Shown here piece after piece: positions 8,783 through 17,463 of a stretch of DNA of 59,364 bases (position 1 is its first letter; each line of letters starts with the position of its first letter). A model generated the notes under the pieces. That model made no database searches. It was not told the origin of the DNA and saw nothing but the letters and a program-made list of their open reading frames with translations. Origin of the DNA: Elusimicrobiaceae bacterium (lineage in GTDB: Bacteria; Elusimicrobiota; Elusimicrobia; Elusimicrobiales; Elusimicrobiaceae). Made by a program: the position numbers and the translations under genes. The stretch covers positions 1 through 59,364 of the forward strand of contig JBGVBB010000159.1 of NCBI GenBank assembly GCA_045225155.1, given 5' to 3'.

Positions 8783-11700
8783 AGTATGCGCGGTAGAAAA
8801 TAACAGCCAAAACATTATTGTGGAGGCCGGCGCCGGTACGGGCAAAACCACTTTGCTTGTGCGGAAAATGCTTTTCCTAGTATTTGTAAAAAAGGTAAAA
8901 CTCTCAAGGGTTATTGCCCTTACATTTACAACAAAAGCGGCCGCATCTTTAAAACAAAAAATGGAAGAAAATTTGCATAAGGCATATCAAATATTATTGC
9001 ACGATTCTTTCGTTTTAACCGCTACTGACGAAGTTTATGCCGACCGTGTAAAAGATTTAAAACCGGAAGACAAAAGAAATCTTGATAATTTTAGAAGTTT
9101 GTTTTTAAAATCAAATTTAAATTTGGAAGGTTTATTTTCATTACTTAAAACCGCCCTTGAAGAATTGCCTTTATGCCAGATAGGAACTATACACAGTTTT
9201 TGTAATTTCCTGCTAAAAAAATATGCCGTTGAAGCGAATTTAAATACAAATATGCAAATTGACGAGGCCGGCATAATCAATATAATTTTTGATAAATACT
9301 GGGCTTTGTTTTTAGAAGAAGAATTAAATCTAAATTCCGCCCAAAAAGATATTTGGTTAACTATTTTGAAAGAAGTTAATTTAGCGGATTTATATAGTTT
9401 GGCACGCAATTTGTGCAGGCCGGGTTTTGACGATTATGCCCCTCAAAATAATTACAAAATTTTAAAAGAACAAGCCCAAAAATATTTGAAGCAAGCGGAA
9501 CTTTTGATAGAAGAATATCAGGAAACTAAAGGCAATATGATACCGCTTTTAAAAATATGTTGCGAAAGTTTAAAACAAACTATTGCCTTTTACAGCGGTG
9601 AACTTGATGACTGCGCGGAGCCTGTTTTCCCGACATTCCCTAACTCTCTTGTCGGTAATTGGGAACAAAATGATTTTGATTTAGCACGGGAAATAGTTAC
9701 TTTTGCGGAAAATAATACCCCGCACAAACAAAAAATATTAGCATTATCTTATAAAATATTAAAACCGTTTTCGGTTAAAGTACAAAGGGAAATGCTAAAC
9801 CAAAATTATTTAACTTTTGACGAAATTATTTATAAAACACATCACTTGCTTTTAACCAATAAAGCCGCCAGACAGGAAATAAAATTAACTTATGATAATA
9901 TTTTTATTGACGAATTCCAAGATACTGACCCTATTCAAGGAGAGATAATGTTATTTTTGGCGGAAAAAATCGATTCTTTCGCAAGCAAATGGCAAGATTT
10001 AATTTTGGAACAAGGTAAACTTTTTATTGTCGGTGATCCTAAACAATCTATTTATCGTTTCAGGGGGGCAGATATTTCCGCCTATCAGGCATTTTGTAAT
10101 CTGCTTATGAAACAAGGGGCACAAACTTGTGTTTTAAGAAATAATTTCAGGAGCGCAAGCGAGATTATCGATTATGTAAATACCTTCGGCAAAGAACAAA
10201 TAAAATTTAAACCTAATTGCCAAGCCGAGTATAATGAGATTTACCCAAGTAAACAATTTAATAATGCAAGGGTAGAACTGCATTTATATAAACCTTCCGA
10301 AGATATTAATAAAGCAAATAGCAGGATTGCCCACGCAGGTTGCATAGCAAAATGGATTGTCGATAATGTTAAAAAAGCCGTTAAAAGCGACGGTAGTATA
10401 CTAGATTATAAAGATATCGCTTTACTGTTACCTACTACAACGGAAGTTAATATCTTCCTTGATGCTTTAAAGGAAAATAATATCCCGTACAATGTAGAAG
10501 AAGATAAAAATTTTTATTCTTCACAAGAAATATTGGACCTTATAAATATCTTAAAAGTTTTAAAAGATCCGCAAGATAAAATTTCTTTGCTCGGTGTTTT
10601 AAGAAGCCCGGTGTGCTTGGCAAAAGATGAAGTTTCGGTAAATTTATCGAAGGAAAATAAACTTAGCATATTCGCCGAAGTTAATGATGATAAAATACAA
10701 AGCACATATCAAAAATTAAGGGTTTTAAGGGATAAATTATCAACTTTAAATCCGTTGGAACTTATTAATGAAATTTTGGATATTTTTAATTTTACCGCCT
10801 GCCAAGTGCTTGCGTCTTCAAACGAACAGGTTCTTGCAAATATAGCCAAATTCAAACAAGTGGTAACAAGATTGTTTGAAAACGGTTCTTATACTTTAGA
10901 ACAACTTTTAGATAACTTTGAAACATATCAAAAAGAAATTAATGAAGAATCAAACGCAATTTTGGCGGAAGAAAATTTTAATGTAGTGAAAATATTAACG
11001 GTACATAAAGCAAAAGGGTTGGAATTCCCGGTAGTAATTTTGACTGATCTTTCCAAACAATTCAGCCAGGGTGATAACCGCAGAAACGGCAACAGTAATG
11101 TTTTCTATTCAAGGAGTTTAAATTTAAAAGGCATAACATTAGGCGGTATAAAAGATGGCATCGTTCCTTTAATAGAAAAGGAAAAACAAGCCCAAGAACT
11201 TGAAGAAAAACGCCGCCTTTTATACGTAGCCATGACGCGCGCCAAAGAAACTTTAATAATAGTGGACAGTTTAAAAGTACAAGATAAAACCTTCGTAAAA
11301 TTTTTAAGTGACAGCATTTGTTGGCCGAGTGAAGATAAAATGCAAAATAATATTTCAACGGCAAAAGTGTTTTATTATGATTATGCCTTGCCGGAACTTT
11401 CTTTAAATAAACAAAATACGGAAGAAGATAAAAATTTCTTTTTTAATTATACTGCTTGGGCTCAAAATTATAAAGAAAGAAATAAAGAATTTAAAAAATA
11501 TTTAAAAGACAACGAGCTACCTCAAACAGATACTGACATACTTTTCCCATCATCTGAAGTCGAACATGCGATAAAAGTCGGTAATTTATGCCACAAAATT
11601 TTACAAAATATTTTTAATAAAACAACAATGAATTTCGATTTCGAAGAAGATAAAACCGCAATAACCGAAGCACAGAAAATAATAAATAATTTTTGCCAAA

Positions 11701-12005
11701 CATCTGTATATAAAGAACTTGAAAATATGGAGTTTTTGGCTTCCGAGTTCCCTATAACTACGATAGAAAACGGCTTAGTTAAAAACGGCATTATAGATGC
11801 TTTGTTTAAAACAAAAGAGGGAAATATACTGATTATTGATTTTAAAAGTGATAAAATAAATAGAGTAAATGCTAAAACGGTGGAACCGCAATATTTAAAG
11901 CAAATTGCTTTCTATAAAAATGCTGTAAAGAGTATATTTAAAGAAAAGATAGAAAGTGCTTTGGTATATCTCCGCCCGGCAGAAATTTATGAAGTAGAGG
12001 AATAA
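8757..12005 (+). CDS. addA: AddA/RecB-like UvrD-family helicase-nuclease subunit
   Basis: Walker A 'EAGAGTGKTT'. Helicase motifs 'FIDEFQDTD', 'VGDPKQSIYRFRGA', 'TVHKAKGLEFPVV' and 'YVAMTRAKE'. C-terminal nuclease 'IIDFKSDK' and 'QYLKQIAFY'. Confidence 0.88.
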   Translation: MSLQDLKDRVCAVENNSQNIIVEAGAGTGKTTLLVRKMLFLVFVKKVKLSRVIALTFTTKAAASLKQKMEENLHKAYQILLHDSFVLTATDEVYADRVKDLKPEDKRNLDNFRSLFLKSNLNLEGLFSLLKTALEELPLCQIGTIHSFCNFLLKKYAVEANLNTNMQIDEAGIINIIFDKYWALFLEEELNLNSAQKDIWLTILKEVNLADLYSLARNLCRPGFDDYAPQNNYKILKEQAQKYLKQAELLIEEYQETKGNMIPLLKICCESLKQTIAFYSGELDDCAEPVFPTFPNSLVGNWEQNDFDLAREIVTFAENNTPHKQKILALSYKILKPFSVKVQREMLNQNYLTFDEIIYKTHHLLLTNKAARQEIKLTYDNIFIDEFQDTDPIQGEIMLFLAEKIDSFASKWQDLILEQGKLFIVGDPKQSIYRFRGADISAYQAFCNLLMKQGAQTCVLRNNFRSASEIIDYVNTFGKEQIKFKPNCQAEYNEIYPSKQFNNARVELHLYKPSEDINKANSRIAHAGCIAKWIVDNVKKAVKSDGSILDYKDIALLLPTTTEVNIFLDALKENNIPYNVEEDKNFYSSQEILDLINILKVLKDPQDKISLLGVLRSPVCLAKDEVSVNLSKENKLSIFAEVNDDKIQSTYQKLRVLRDKLSTLNPLELINEILDIFNFTACQVLASSNEQVLANIAKFKQVVTRLFENGSYTLEQLLDNFETYQKEINEESNAILAEENFNVVKILTVHKAKGLEFPVVILTDLSKQFSQGDNRRNGNSNVFYSRSLNLKGITLGGIKDGIVPLIEKEKQAQELEEKRRLLYVAMTRAKETLIIVDSLKVQDKTFVKFLSDSICWPSEDKMQNNISTAKVFYYDYALPELSLNKQNTEEDKNFFFNYTAWAQNYKERNKEFKKYLKDNELPQTDTDILFPSSEVEHAIKVGNLCHKILQNIFNKTTMNFDFEEDKTAITEAQKIINNFCQTSVYKELENMEFLASEFPITTIENGLVKNGIIDALFKTKEGNILIIDFKSDKINRVNAKTVEPQYLKQIAFYKNAVKSIFKEKIESALVYLRPAEIYEVEE

Positions 12006-12007
12006 TT

Positions 12008-12307
12008 ATGTTTGATCTTAAAAAAATTCTTGAACTTAGAAAAACAATGAACGAAACAAAAAAACGTTTAGATGCAATGGTTATCAAAGAAACTTCACCG
12101 AAAGGTTTATTTGAACTTACCATTTCAGGTTCACAAAAAGTCAGCGAAGTTAAAATTTTAAAAGATTTAAAAGATTGTTCTAACGAAGAAATCGAAAAAG
12201 ATTTAAAAGAACTTATCAATAAAGCAACTGCTTCTTCACAAGCATCGGCAGTACAGGCAATGGGCGGCCTAGGCGCACTCGGCGGGCTTGCAGGGCTTAC
12301 TAAATAA
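12008..12307 (+). CDS. ybaB: YbaB/EbfC-family nucleoid-associated DNA-binding protein
   Basis: 99 aa. The layout is typical of the family: K-rich N-terminus, 'V.G.SG.G.V.V...G' core and a flexible Gly-rich tail. Confidence 0.8.
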   Translation: MFDLKKILELRKTMNETKKRLDAMVIKETSPKGLFELTISGSQKVSEVKILKDLKDCSNEEIEKDLKELINKATASSQASAVQAMGGLGALGGLAGLTK

Positions 12308-13213
12308 GTGAACGAACTTAGAAAAATTTTACCTAAACTCGCTTTTGGAACTTGGCCGATAAGCGGCGCAAGGGAATGGGGGGATTTTGACGAAAATGAA
12401 GCCCGGAAGGTTTTGCATGCATTACTTGAAAACCGTATAACTTGCATTGATACCGCCGCTATTTACGGCCTTGGCGGTGCGGAAACTATGCTAGGTAAAT
12501 TTTTTAAAGATGTTCCGAGAAAAAATTTTATTTTAACTTCAAAATGCGGGCTTTTGCCCGGGGAAAGGGCAGTTAAATTTGATTTAAGTGCGAAATCTTT
12601 ACAAAAGCAAATAGAAGATACTTTAAGACATTTAAATACAGATTATTTAGATATTTATTTCTTACATTGGCCGGACAAAAATACCCCGCTCGAAGAAACT
12701 CTAGCACAAATGGAAAAGTTCAAAAAAGAGGGGAAAATCCGCTTTATCGGTTTATCTAATTTTACGGAAGGCCTTATAAAGCAAGCAGTAAAAATTACAA
12801 AAATAGATTGTTTGCAAAATGAATTTTCAGTATTAAATCAAGAAAACAAAAAATTGTTTCCGCTTATTAAAGAATTTGATTTGGCTTTTATGGCCTATGG
12901 CGTTTTAAACGGCGGAATTTTAAGCGGAAAGTATAAACAGTTACCTAATTTGGCAAAAACGGATGTGCGCAATTTTTTCTATCATTCTTATAAAGGGGAA
13001 AATTTTATAAAAGCGCAAAAAGTTGTTGATAATCTTAAACAAATTTCTTCTGCATCAACAACGCAAGTGGCAATAAATTTTGTTTTAAGTTTTGAAGAAG
13101 TAACTTGTGCGATTTTCGGTGCTAAAACTTTAAAACAATTAAAAGAAAATGCGGCGGCAATAACTTGGAAATTGACTGCGGAACAAAAGGATTTTCTATG
13201 CAAGAACTGTTAA
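12308..13213 (+). CDS. Aldo/keto reductase family oxidoreductase (GTG start)
   Basis: AKR motifs 'CIDTAAIYG', 'YLDIYFLHWPD' and 'IGLSNF'. Confidence 0.85.
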   Translation: MNELRKILPKLAFGTWPISGAREWGDFDENEARKVLHALLENRITCIDTAAIYGLGGAETMLGKFFKDVPRKNFILTSKCGLLPGERAVKFDLSAKSLQKQIEDTLRHLNTDYLDIYFLHWPDKNTPLEETLAQMEKFKKEGKIRFIGLSNFTEGLIKQAVKITKIDCLQNEFSVLNQENKKLFPLIKEFDLAFMAYGVLNGGILSGKYKQLPNLAKTDVRNFFYHSYKGENFIKAQKVVDNLKQISSASTTQVAINFVLSFEEVTCAIFGAKTLKQLKENAAAITWKLTAEQKDFLCKNC

Positions 13214-14466
13214 ATAAAATTGAAAATTATATTAAAGATATTTTCCCGCAACTCGGTTTAAATAAGAGCAGGGAACTTGTGCGCCTTGTTTTTGAGATCA
13301 GCAAAAAGACAGGTAAAAACCCCAATGATATTTTGCCCAAAGAAAAAGCAAAAAATTTTGAACAGACAAAAAAATATTTATTAAACCTTCGTTATAAAAA
13401 ATTAGGTAATTTAGCAGACATTTACTTGCCTAAACTTGATCTAAACTTTACAAAACAGGCCGATTTAGAAGAAAAATCTTTTAATCCTCAAAATATTTTT
13501 ATTGAAGATTTATCTTTAAATTCCGCTATTGCCAAAAGAGTAAAAGAAAAATTTCCTAATACTGAAATTACTGTTTTTAAAGGTAAATTCCCCATATTAA
13601 AAGAAAGTTACAGCGAACGCAAAAAGAATTTAATAATATACACGGAAAAATTTGATTTTCTAAAACCTTGCCCTTGTACAAAAAATGCAAATTGTTGCGG
13701 TTACAATTTAATTAATTTGGGTTTCGGTTGTTTGTATGAATGCAATTATTGTTTTTTACAACAATATCAAAATTTACCGGCAATAGCATTGCCTTCAAAT
13801 ATTCAAGACTTTTTAGATAAAGTGCCTACGGCAGTTTTTAGACGAGGGCGTTTCAATTATGTCCGCCTAGGCAGCGGCGAATTTACAGATTCTTTACTTT
13901 TTGATGATATAACAAATTATTCAACTGATATTATCAATTTCTTTAAAAACAGATCGGAATTTTTTGAATTCAAAACAAAATCTGTAAACATTAATAATTT
14001 ACTTAAATTGCCGGCACAAAAAAATATTGTTGTGGGGTGGAGTGTTAACCCTCAAAATATAATTTCAGAAGTTGAACCCTTAACGCCGAGTTTAAAAGAA
14101 CGTTTGACTGCCGCCGCAAAAATAGCGGGGCACGGCTATAAAGTTGCCTTTCATTTTGACCCTGTAATAAGGCATAAAAATTGGAAAGAAAATTACAAAA
14201 ATGTTGTGGAACAAATTGCGGAAAATATTCCTAAAGAAAGTATTGTTTGGATCAGTATCGGTACCTTACGGTTTAATCGGGAACTTAAAAAATTTATTGA
14301 GTGCCGCTTTCCGCAAAATATAATTTTAGACGAAGACTTTTATTTATCTTTTGACGGTAAAATGCGTTATAGCGATGCAGAACGGCAAGAAGTTTACGGT
14401 TTTTTAAAACCTTTGCTTGAAAAAACTTTTCCAAATACAGTCGTTTATTTATGTATGGAAAAGTAA
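13198..14466 (+). CDS. Radical SAM protein of the spore-photoproduct-lyase (SplB-like) family
   Basis: The CxxxCxxC cluster 'CLYECNYC' sits in the context 'GFGC..C.YCFLQ', as in SplB-family proteins. The preferred start is the ATG at 13198. An alternative upstream start at 13165 overlaps the AKR gene further. Confidence 0.7.
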   Translation: MQELLNKIENYIKDIFPQLGLNKSRELVRLVFEISKKTGKNPNDILPKEKAKNFEQTKKYLLNLRYKKLGNLADIYLPKLDLNFTKQADLEEKSFNPQNIFIEDLSLNSAIAKRVKEKFPNTEITVFKGKFPILKESYSERKKNLIIYTEKFDFLKPCPCTKNANCCGYNLINLGFGCLYECNYCFLQQYQNLPAIALPSNIQDFLDKVPTAVFRRGRFNYVRLGSGEFTDSLLFDDITNYSTDIINFFKNRSEFFEFKTKSVNINNLLKLPAQKNIVVGWSVNPQNIISEVEPLTPSLKERLTAAAKIAGHGYKVAFHFDPVIRHKNWKENYKNVVEQIAENIPKESIVWISIGTLRFNRELKKFIECRFPQNIILDEDFYLSFDGKMRYSDAERQEVYGFLKPLLEKTFPNTVVYLCMEK

Positions 14467-14510
14467 AATTTATCATAAATATATAATGTCGATAATGATG
14501 ATTTTTCTTT

Positions 14511-14539
14511 TTGCTTTACATATGTTTTTTTGATAAAAT
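14511..14539 (+). promoter_or_regulatory. Sigma70-like promoter for tRNA-Gly
   Basis: TTGCTT (14511-14516), a 17-nt spacer, then TAAAAT (14534-14539) preceded by an extended-10 TG (14531-14532). The tRNA 5' end lies 9 nt downstream. Confidence 0.55.
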
Positions 14540-14547
14540 ATAGTTAC

Positions 14548-14618
14548 GCGGGCGTGGTTCAATGGTAGAACGGAAGCTTCCCAAGCTTTAGACGAGGGTT
14601 CGATTCCCTTCGCCCGCT
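14548..14618 (+). tRNA. tRNA-Gly (CCC)
   Basis: Cloverleaf: GCGGGCG/CGCCCGC acceptor, GTTC/GAAC D-stem, GAAGC-TTCCCAA-GCTTT anticodon arm, GAGGG-TTCGATT-CCCTT T-arm and U73 discriminator. Confidence 0.92.
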
Positions 14619-14634
14619 TTTAAAAGGGGTTCTT

Positions 14635-15285
14635 ATGGGAGAAAATAATTTCGAAAACAAAAAATCTTCAAAAGAATTATGGCTTATATTGATCTTCATA
14701 GATCTTATTGCCTTGTGTGTGTTTACTTATTTTATTTATGCATCTTTTGTAAACGGCGGAAAAAGAAGTATCAAAATTAATCATAATCCAAAAACGGAAG
14801 AAGTAGTTTTGGAAGAAGTTGATTTATCTGAACCTTCATCAAAACAAAAAAAAGTAGAAGTTAAAGAAGCAAAAGAAATAAAAGAAGCCCCCAAAAAACA
14901 ACTTGAAAATGAAATTAAAAAAGAAATAATTTCAGAAGTTGAAACACAAATAAAAGAAGAAGTTAAACCTTTGCCTAAAAAAGAACCTAAAGAAGTTCAA
15001 ACATCAGTTACTGACACCAACAAAGAAAGTGTTAAAATTTCAGGTTCGGGGAAATGGCGCCAGGTCACTTTCAAATATTTTGATGCCGCAAAAAGTGTAG
15101 CAATCGTCAGCGGATTTACTTCAACTAAACCTCGCGATCTTAAAAAAGTAAACGGTGTTTGGGAAATTACTTTGACAATTTCACCGGGTACTTATAGGTA
15201 TATGTTTATTGTTGATGGTAAGGAAACCAAAGACCCTTACAACAAACAAGAAAGCAACGGAAGATCAGTAATTACCATAAAATAA
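14635..15285 (+). CDS. Membrane-anchored protein with K/E-rich linker and C-terminal CBM48/AMPK-beta-like glycogen-binding (E-set) domain
   Basis: N-terminal TM helix (LWLILIFIDLIALCVFTYFIY). The C-terminus 'WRQVTFKY..A.SV.IVG.F......L.K..G.WE..L....G.Y.Y.F.VDG....DP.N' matches the CBM48 pattern. Confidence 0.7.
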   Translation: MGENNFENKKSSKELWLILIFIDLIALCVFTYFIYASFVNGGKRSIKINHNPKTEEVVLEEVDLSEPSSKQKKVEVKEAKEIKEAPKKQLENEIKKEIISEVETQIKEEVKPLPKKEPKEVQTSVTDTNKESVKISGSGKWRQVTFKYFDAAKSVAIVSGFTSTKPRDLKKVNGVWEITLTISPGTYRYMFIVDGKETKDPYNKQESNGRSVITIK

Positions 15286-15395
15286 TTTGAAATGTCAAAT
15301 TATTTTTAAAAATAATTTTAAAAATAATTTTTTTGTTTTTCCGACGGACAGAAGTAAAATTTTAGAAATTACTTGCATGAATTTATAAAAAACAT

Positions 15396-15424
15396 TTGCA
15401 TTTTTAAAAATTTTTTTATATTAT
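15396..15424 (+). promoter_or_regulatory. Sigma70-like promoter upstream of the Lys-rich protein gene
   Basis: TTGCAT (15396-15401), a 17-nt A/T spacer, then TATTAT (15419-15424). An AGGAG RBS precedes the ATG at 15465. Confidence 0.5.
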
Positions 15425-15464
15425 TATTTTGTGAAGTATATATCTTAACGCAGGAGAAACAAAA

Positions 15465-15659
15465 ATGCCCGTAAAGAAAAAAGCTGCAAAAAAAGTAGCA
15501 AAAAAAACTACTAAAAAAGTAGCAAAAAAAGCTACAAAAAAATGCTGTGCAAAAAAATGCTGCAAAAAAGCTACAAAAAAAGTAGCAAAAAAAGCTACAA
15601 AGAAAGTAGCAAAAAAAGCAGCAAAAAAGACAACAAAGAAAACTGCAAAAAGAAAATAA
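15465..15659 (+). CDS. Histone H1-like / Lys-Ala-rich basic nucleoprotein (64 aa)
   Basis: The product is almost entirely repeats of (A/T)KK(V/A)AKK, resembling bacterial H1-like proteins. It has a good RBS and a strong terminator. There is an unusual central 'KKCCAKKCCKK'. Confidence 0.65.
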   Translation: MPVKKKAAKKVAKKTTKKVAKKATKKCCAKKCCKKATKKVAKKATKKVAKKAAKKTTKKTAKRK

Positions 15660-15673
15660 GTATTTAGTTTAAG

Positions 15674-15697
15674 CCCCGGCGCAAGCCGGGGTTTTTT
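15674..15697 (+). terminator. Rho-independent terminator
   Basis: ccccggc-GCAA-gccgggg hairpin (15674-15691) followed by T6. Confidence 0.85.
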
Positions 15698-15764
15698 ATT
15701 GTCTAAAATTTATATTAGTAAAGTATGCTTTTTTATGATATAATTAAAAAGGGTTAGATTATAT

Positions 15765-16259
15765 ATGAAAAATGCATACCGAACAAAACGTTTGTTTTGG
15801 CATAATCTTAAAAATTTTGATTTTCCCGATATTCCTTTTTACGGTGCGGATGAAATTATAGTAGCAGGTTTTGAATTTGTTTTATGTGATTCTAATTGTC
15901 ATCCCAAAAATATTTTTGTTGCGGTTAATTCTCTTGGTGACAGCCAAATGTATTATGAAACTAGCACTAACAAAGTTGGTAATATACACGGTGATAAAAC
16001 AAAGATATTTACCAATCTCGCCCGCACTTTATTAAATGAAATTTCCGAACTTACTTATAATATGGATCAATGCAAACATTTGCCCGCTTGCCCTAAATTA
16101 GATTTTGTTAATTTTTATGCTTTAGGGCATAAAGGTAAATTTTGTAAAAGTCTAACTTATTGTGAAATCCGATTCTCTAAACATCCATATTATCCTTTGT
16201 ATATTTACTTTATGCAACTGATTAATGAAATGCGAAAAGTTGCATTAAAGAAATTATAA
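15765..16259 (+). CDS. Hypothetical protein (164 aa, several Cys)
   Basis: A long ORF in an otherwise empty AT-rich interval with no recognisable motifs. Coding status is inferred from length only. Confidence 0.45.
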   Translation: MKNAYRTKRLFWHNLKNFDFPDIPFYGADEIIVAGFEFVLCDSNCHPKNIFVAVNSLGDSQMYYETSTNKVGNIHGDKTKIFTNLARTLLNEISELTYNMDQCKHLPACPKLDFVNFYALGHKGKFCKSLTYCEIRFSKHPYYPLYIYFMQLINEMRKVALKKL

Positions 16260-16312
16260 TTATAAAATTAATTTTTATTTTATGTTAATAAAAAGTATAA
16301 TAAATATAGGAA

Positions 16313-16930
16313 ATGTTTATGAAAATATCTTTACCCCTTTTATTATCTATTTGCCTTTTTATGGGCTGTGCTAAAACACAGGATGCAAGCTCTGCCACAG
16401 AAAATACTAAACCGGAAGCCCAAAAAGTTTTGGTTGTTTTCTTTTCGAAAACCGGTGATAATTACGGTGTTGGCAGTATAAAAGTGGGTAACACTCATAA
16501 AGTAGCACAAGAAATCGCACTCCAAACAAACGGGACTTTATTTGAAATAAAGCCCGCAAAACCTTACCCGGATGCTTATAAAGCATGCACGGAAGTCGCA
16601 CAGGAAGAATTTAAAAACAATGCACGCCCCAAAATAAAAGGTTATGTAGAAGATATGGAAGAGTATGACACCGTATATTTGGGTTACCCGATTTGGTGGG
16701 GGGATGCCCCAATGCCGGTTTATACTTTCCTGGAGAGTTACAATTTTAGCGGTAAACATATTTATCCTTTTGCCACGCACGAAGGCAGTGCTATGGGGCA
16801 TTCGGAATCTGCTTTAAAAAAGGCCTTACCTAAATCTACCGTTCACAAAGGTTTGGCAATTTACGGCCACACAGCACAGAAAGATGCACAGTTCGTGCAA
16901 AATGCTGTTAAAAATTGGCTCAAAAATTAA
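16313..16930 (+). CDS. Flavodoxin-like fold protein with lipoprotein signal peptide
   Basis: Lipobox 'LFMGC'. Flavodoxin_4-like core 'VLVVFFSKTGDN...YLGYPIWWGD.P.PV..FL'. An alternative start is the ATG at 16319. Confidence 0.72.
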   Translation: MFMKISLPLLLSICLFMGCAKTQDASSATENTKPEAQKVLVVFFSKTGDNYGVGSIKVGNTHKVAQEIALQTNGTLFEIKPAKPYPDAYKACTEVAQEEFKNNARPKIKGYVEDMEEYDTVYLGYPIWWGDAPMPVYTFLESYNFSGKHIYPFATHEGSAMGHSESALKKALPKSTVHKGLAIYGHTAQKDAQFVQNAVKNWLKN

Positions 16931-16957
16931 AACCTCATTATTTGGTAAAATATATAT

Positions 16958-17446
16958 ATGGATTATAAGGAATTTGAAATACCTAAAAATCTTCGTTTCA
17001 AAATGGAAGATATCATTGCCTTGAAAGGCTTTGAGGGGTCTTTTTTGGCAGATGTCAAGGATTTTGCAGATATCTTCCCGGAAGAAGAAAAACTTAAGAA
17101 GATTGCCCTTAAGTTAAAGATGTCCGTACTTTCAAAAGATATCTTAATTAAAGGGGAAGTTTCCGGTATTTTGGAAGTACCTTGTTCCCGTTGCCTCAGG
17201 CGTTTTGAAAAGAGTTTTAAAGAAGAAATCAATGCCCTGACTAGCAAGAGAGATAAAATAATTGATATAATGTATATAACTAGGCAAACACTCCCCCTTG
17301 TTGTGGGGATACAGGATTTGTGCTCTAAAGATTGTAAAGGTTTGTGCCCTATATGCGGGACAAATCTAAATGAGGGCCAATGTAAATGTAAGGAGGAAAA
17401 GTTTTCCCCTTTTGCCTGTTTGAAAGATAAATTTAAAAGTAAGTAG
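16958..17446 (+). CDS. yceD: YceD/DUF177 family protein
   Basis: Cys motifs 'CSRCL' and 'CKGLCPICGTNLN...C.C'. It occupies the canonical position upstream of rpmF. Confidence 0.85.
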   Translation: MDYKEFEIPKNLRFKMEDIIALKGFEGSFLADVKDFADIFPEEEKLKKIALKLKMSVLSKDILIKGEVSGILEVPCSRCLRRFEKSFKEEINALTSKRDKIIDIMYITRQTLPLVVGIQDLCSKDCKGLCPICGTNLNEGQCKCKEEKFSPFACLKDKFKSK

Positions 17447-17463
17447 TAAAGTGAGGAAATAAA

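Noticed and set aside
11938-12447. 169-aa minus-strand ORF.
   Set aside because: It is antisense to ybaB and the AKR gene. The Ser/Phe/Lys-rich composition suggests a shadow ORF and no motif is present.
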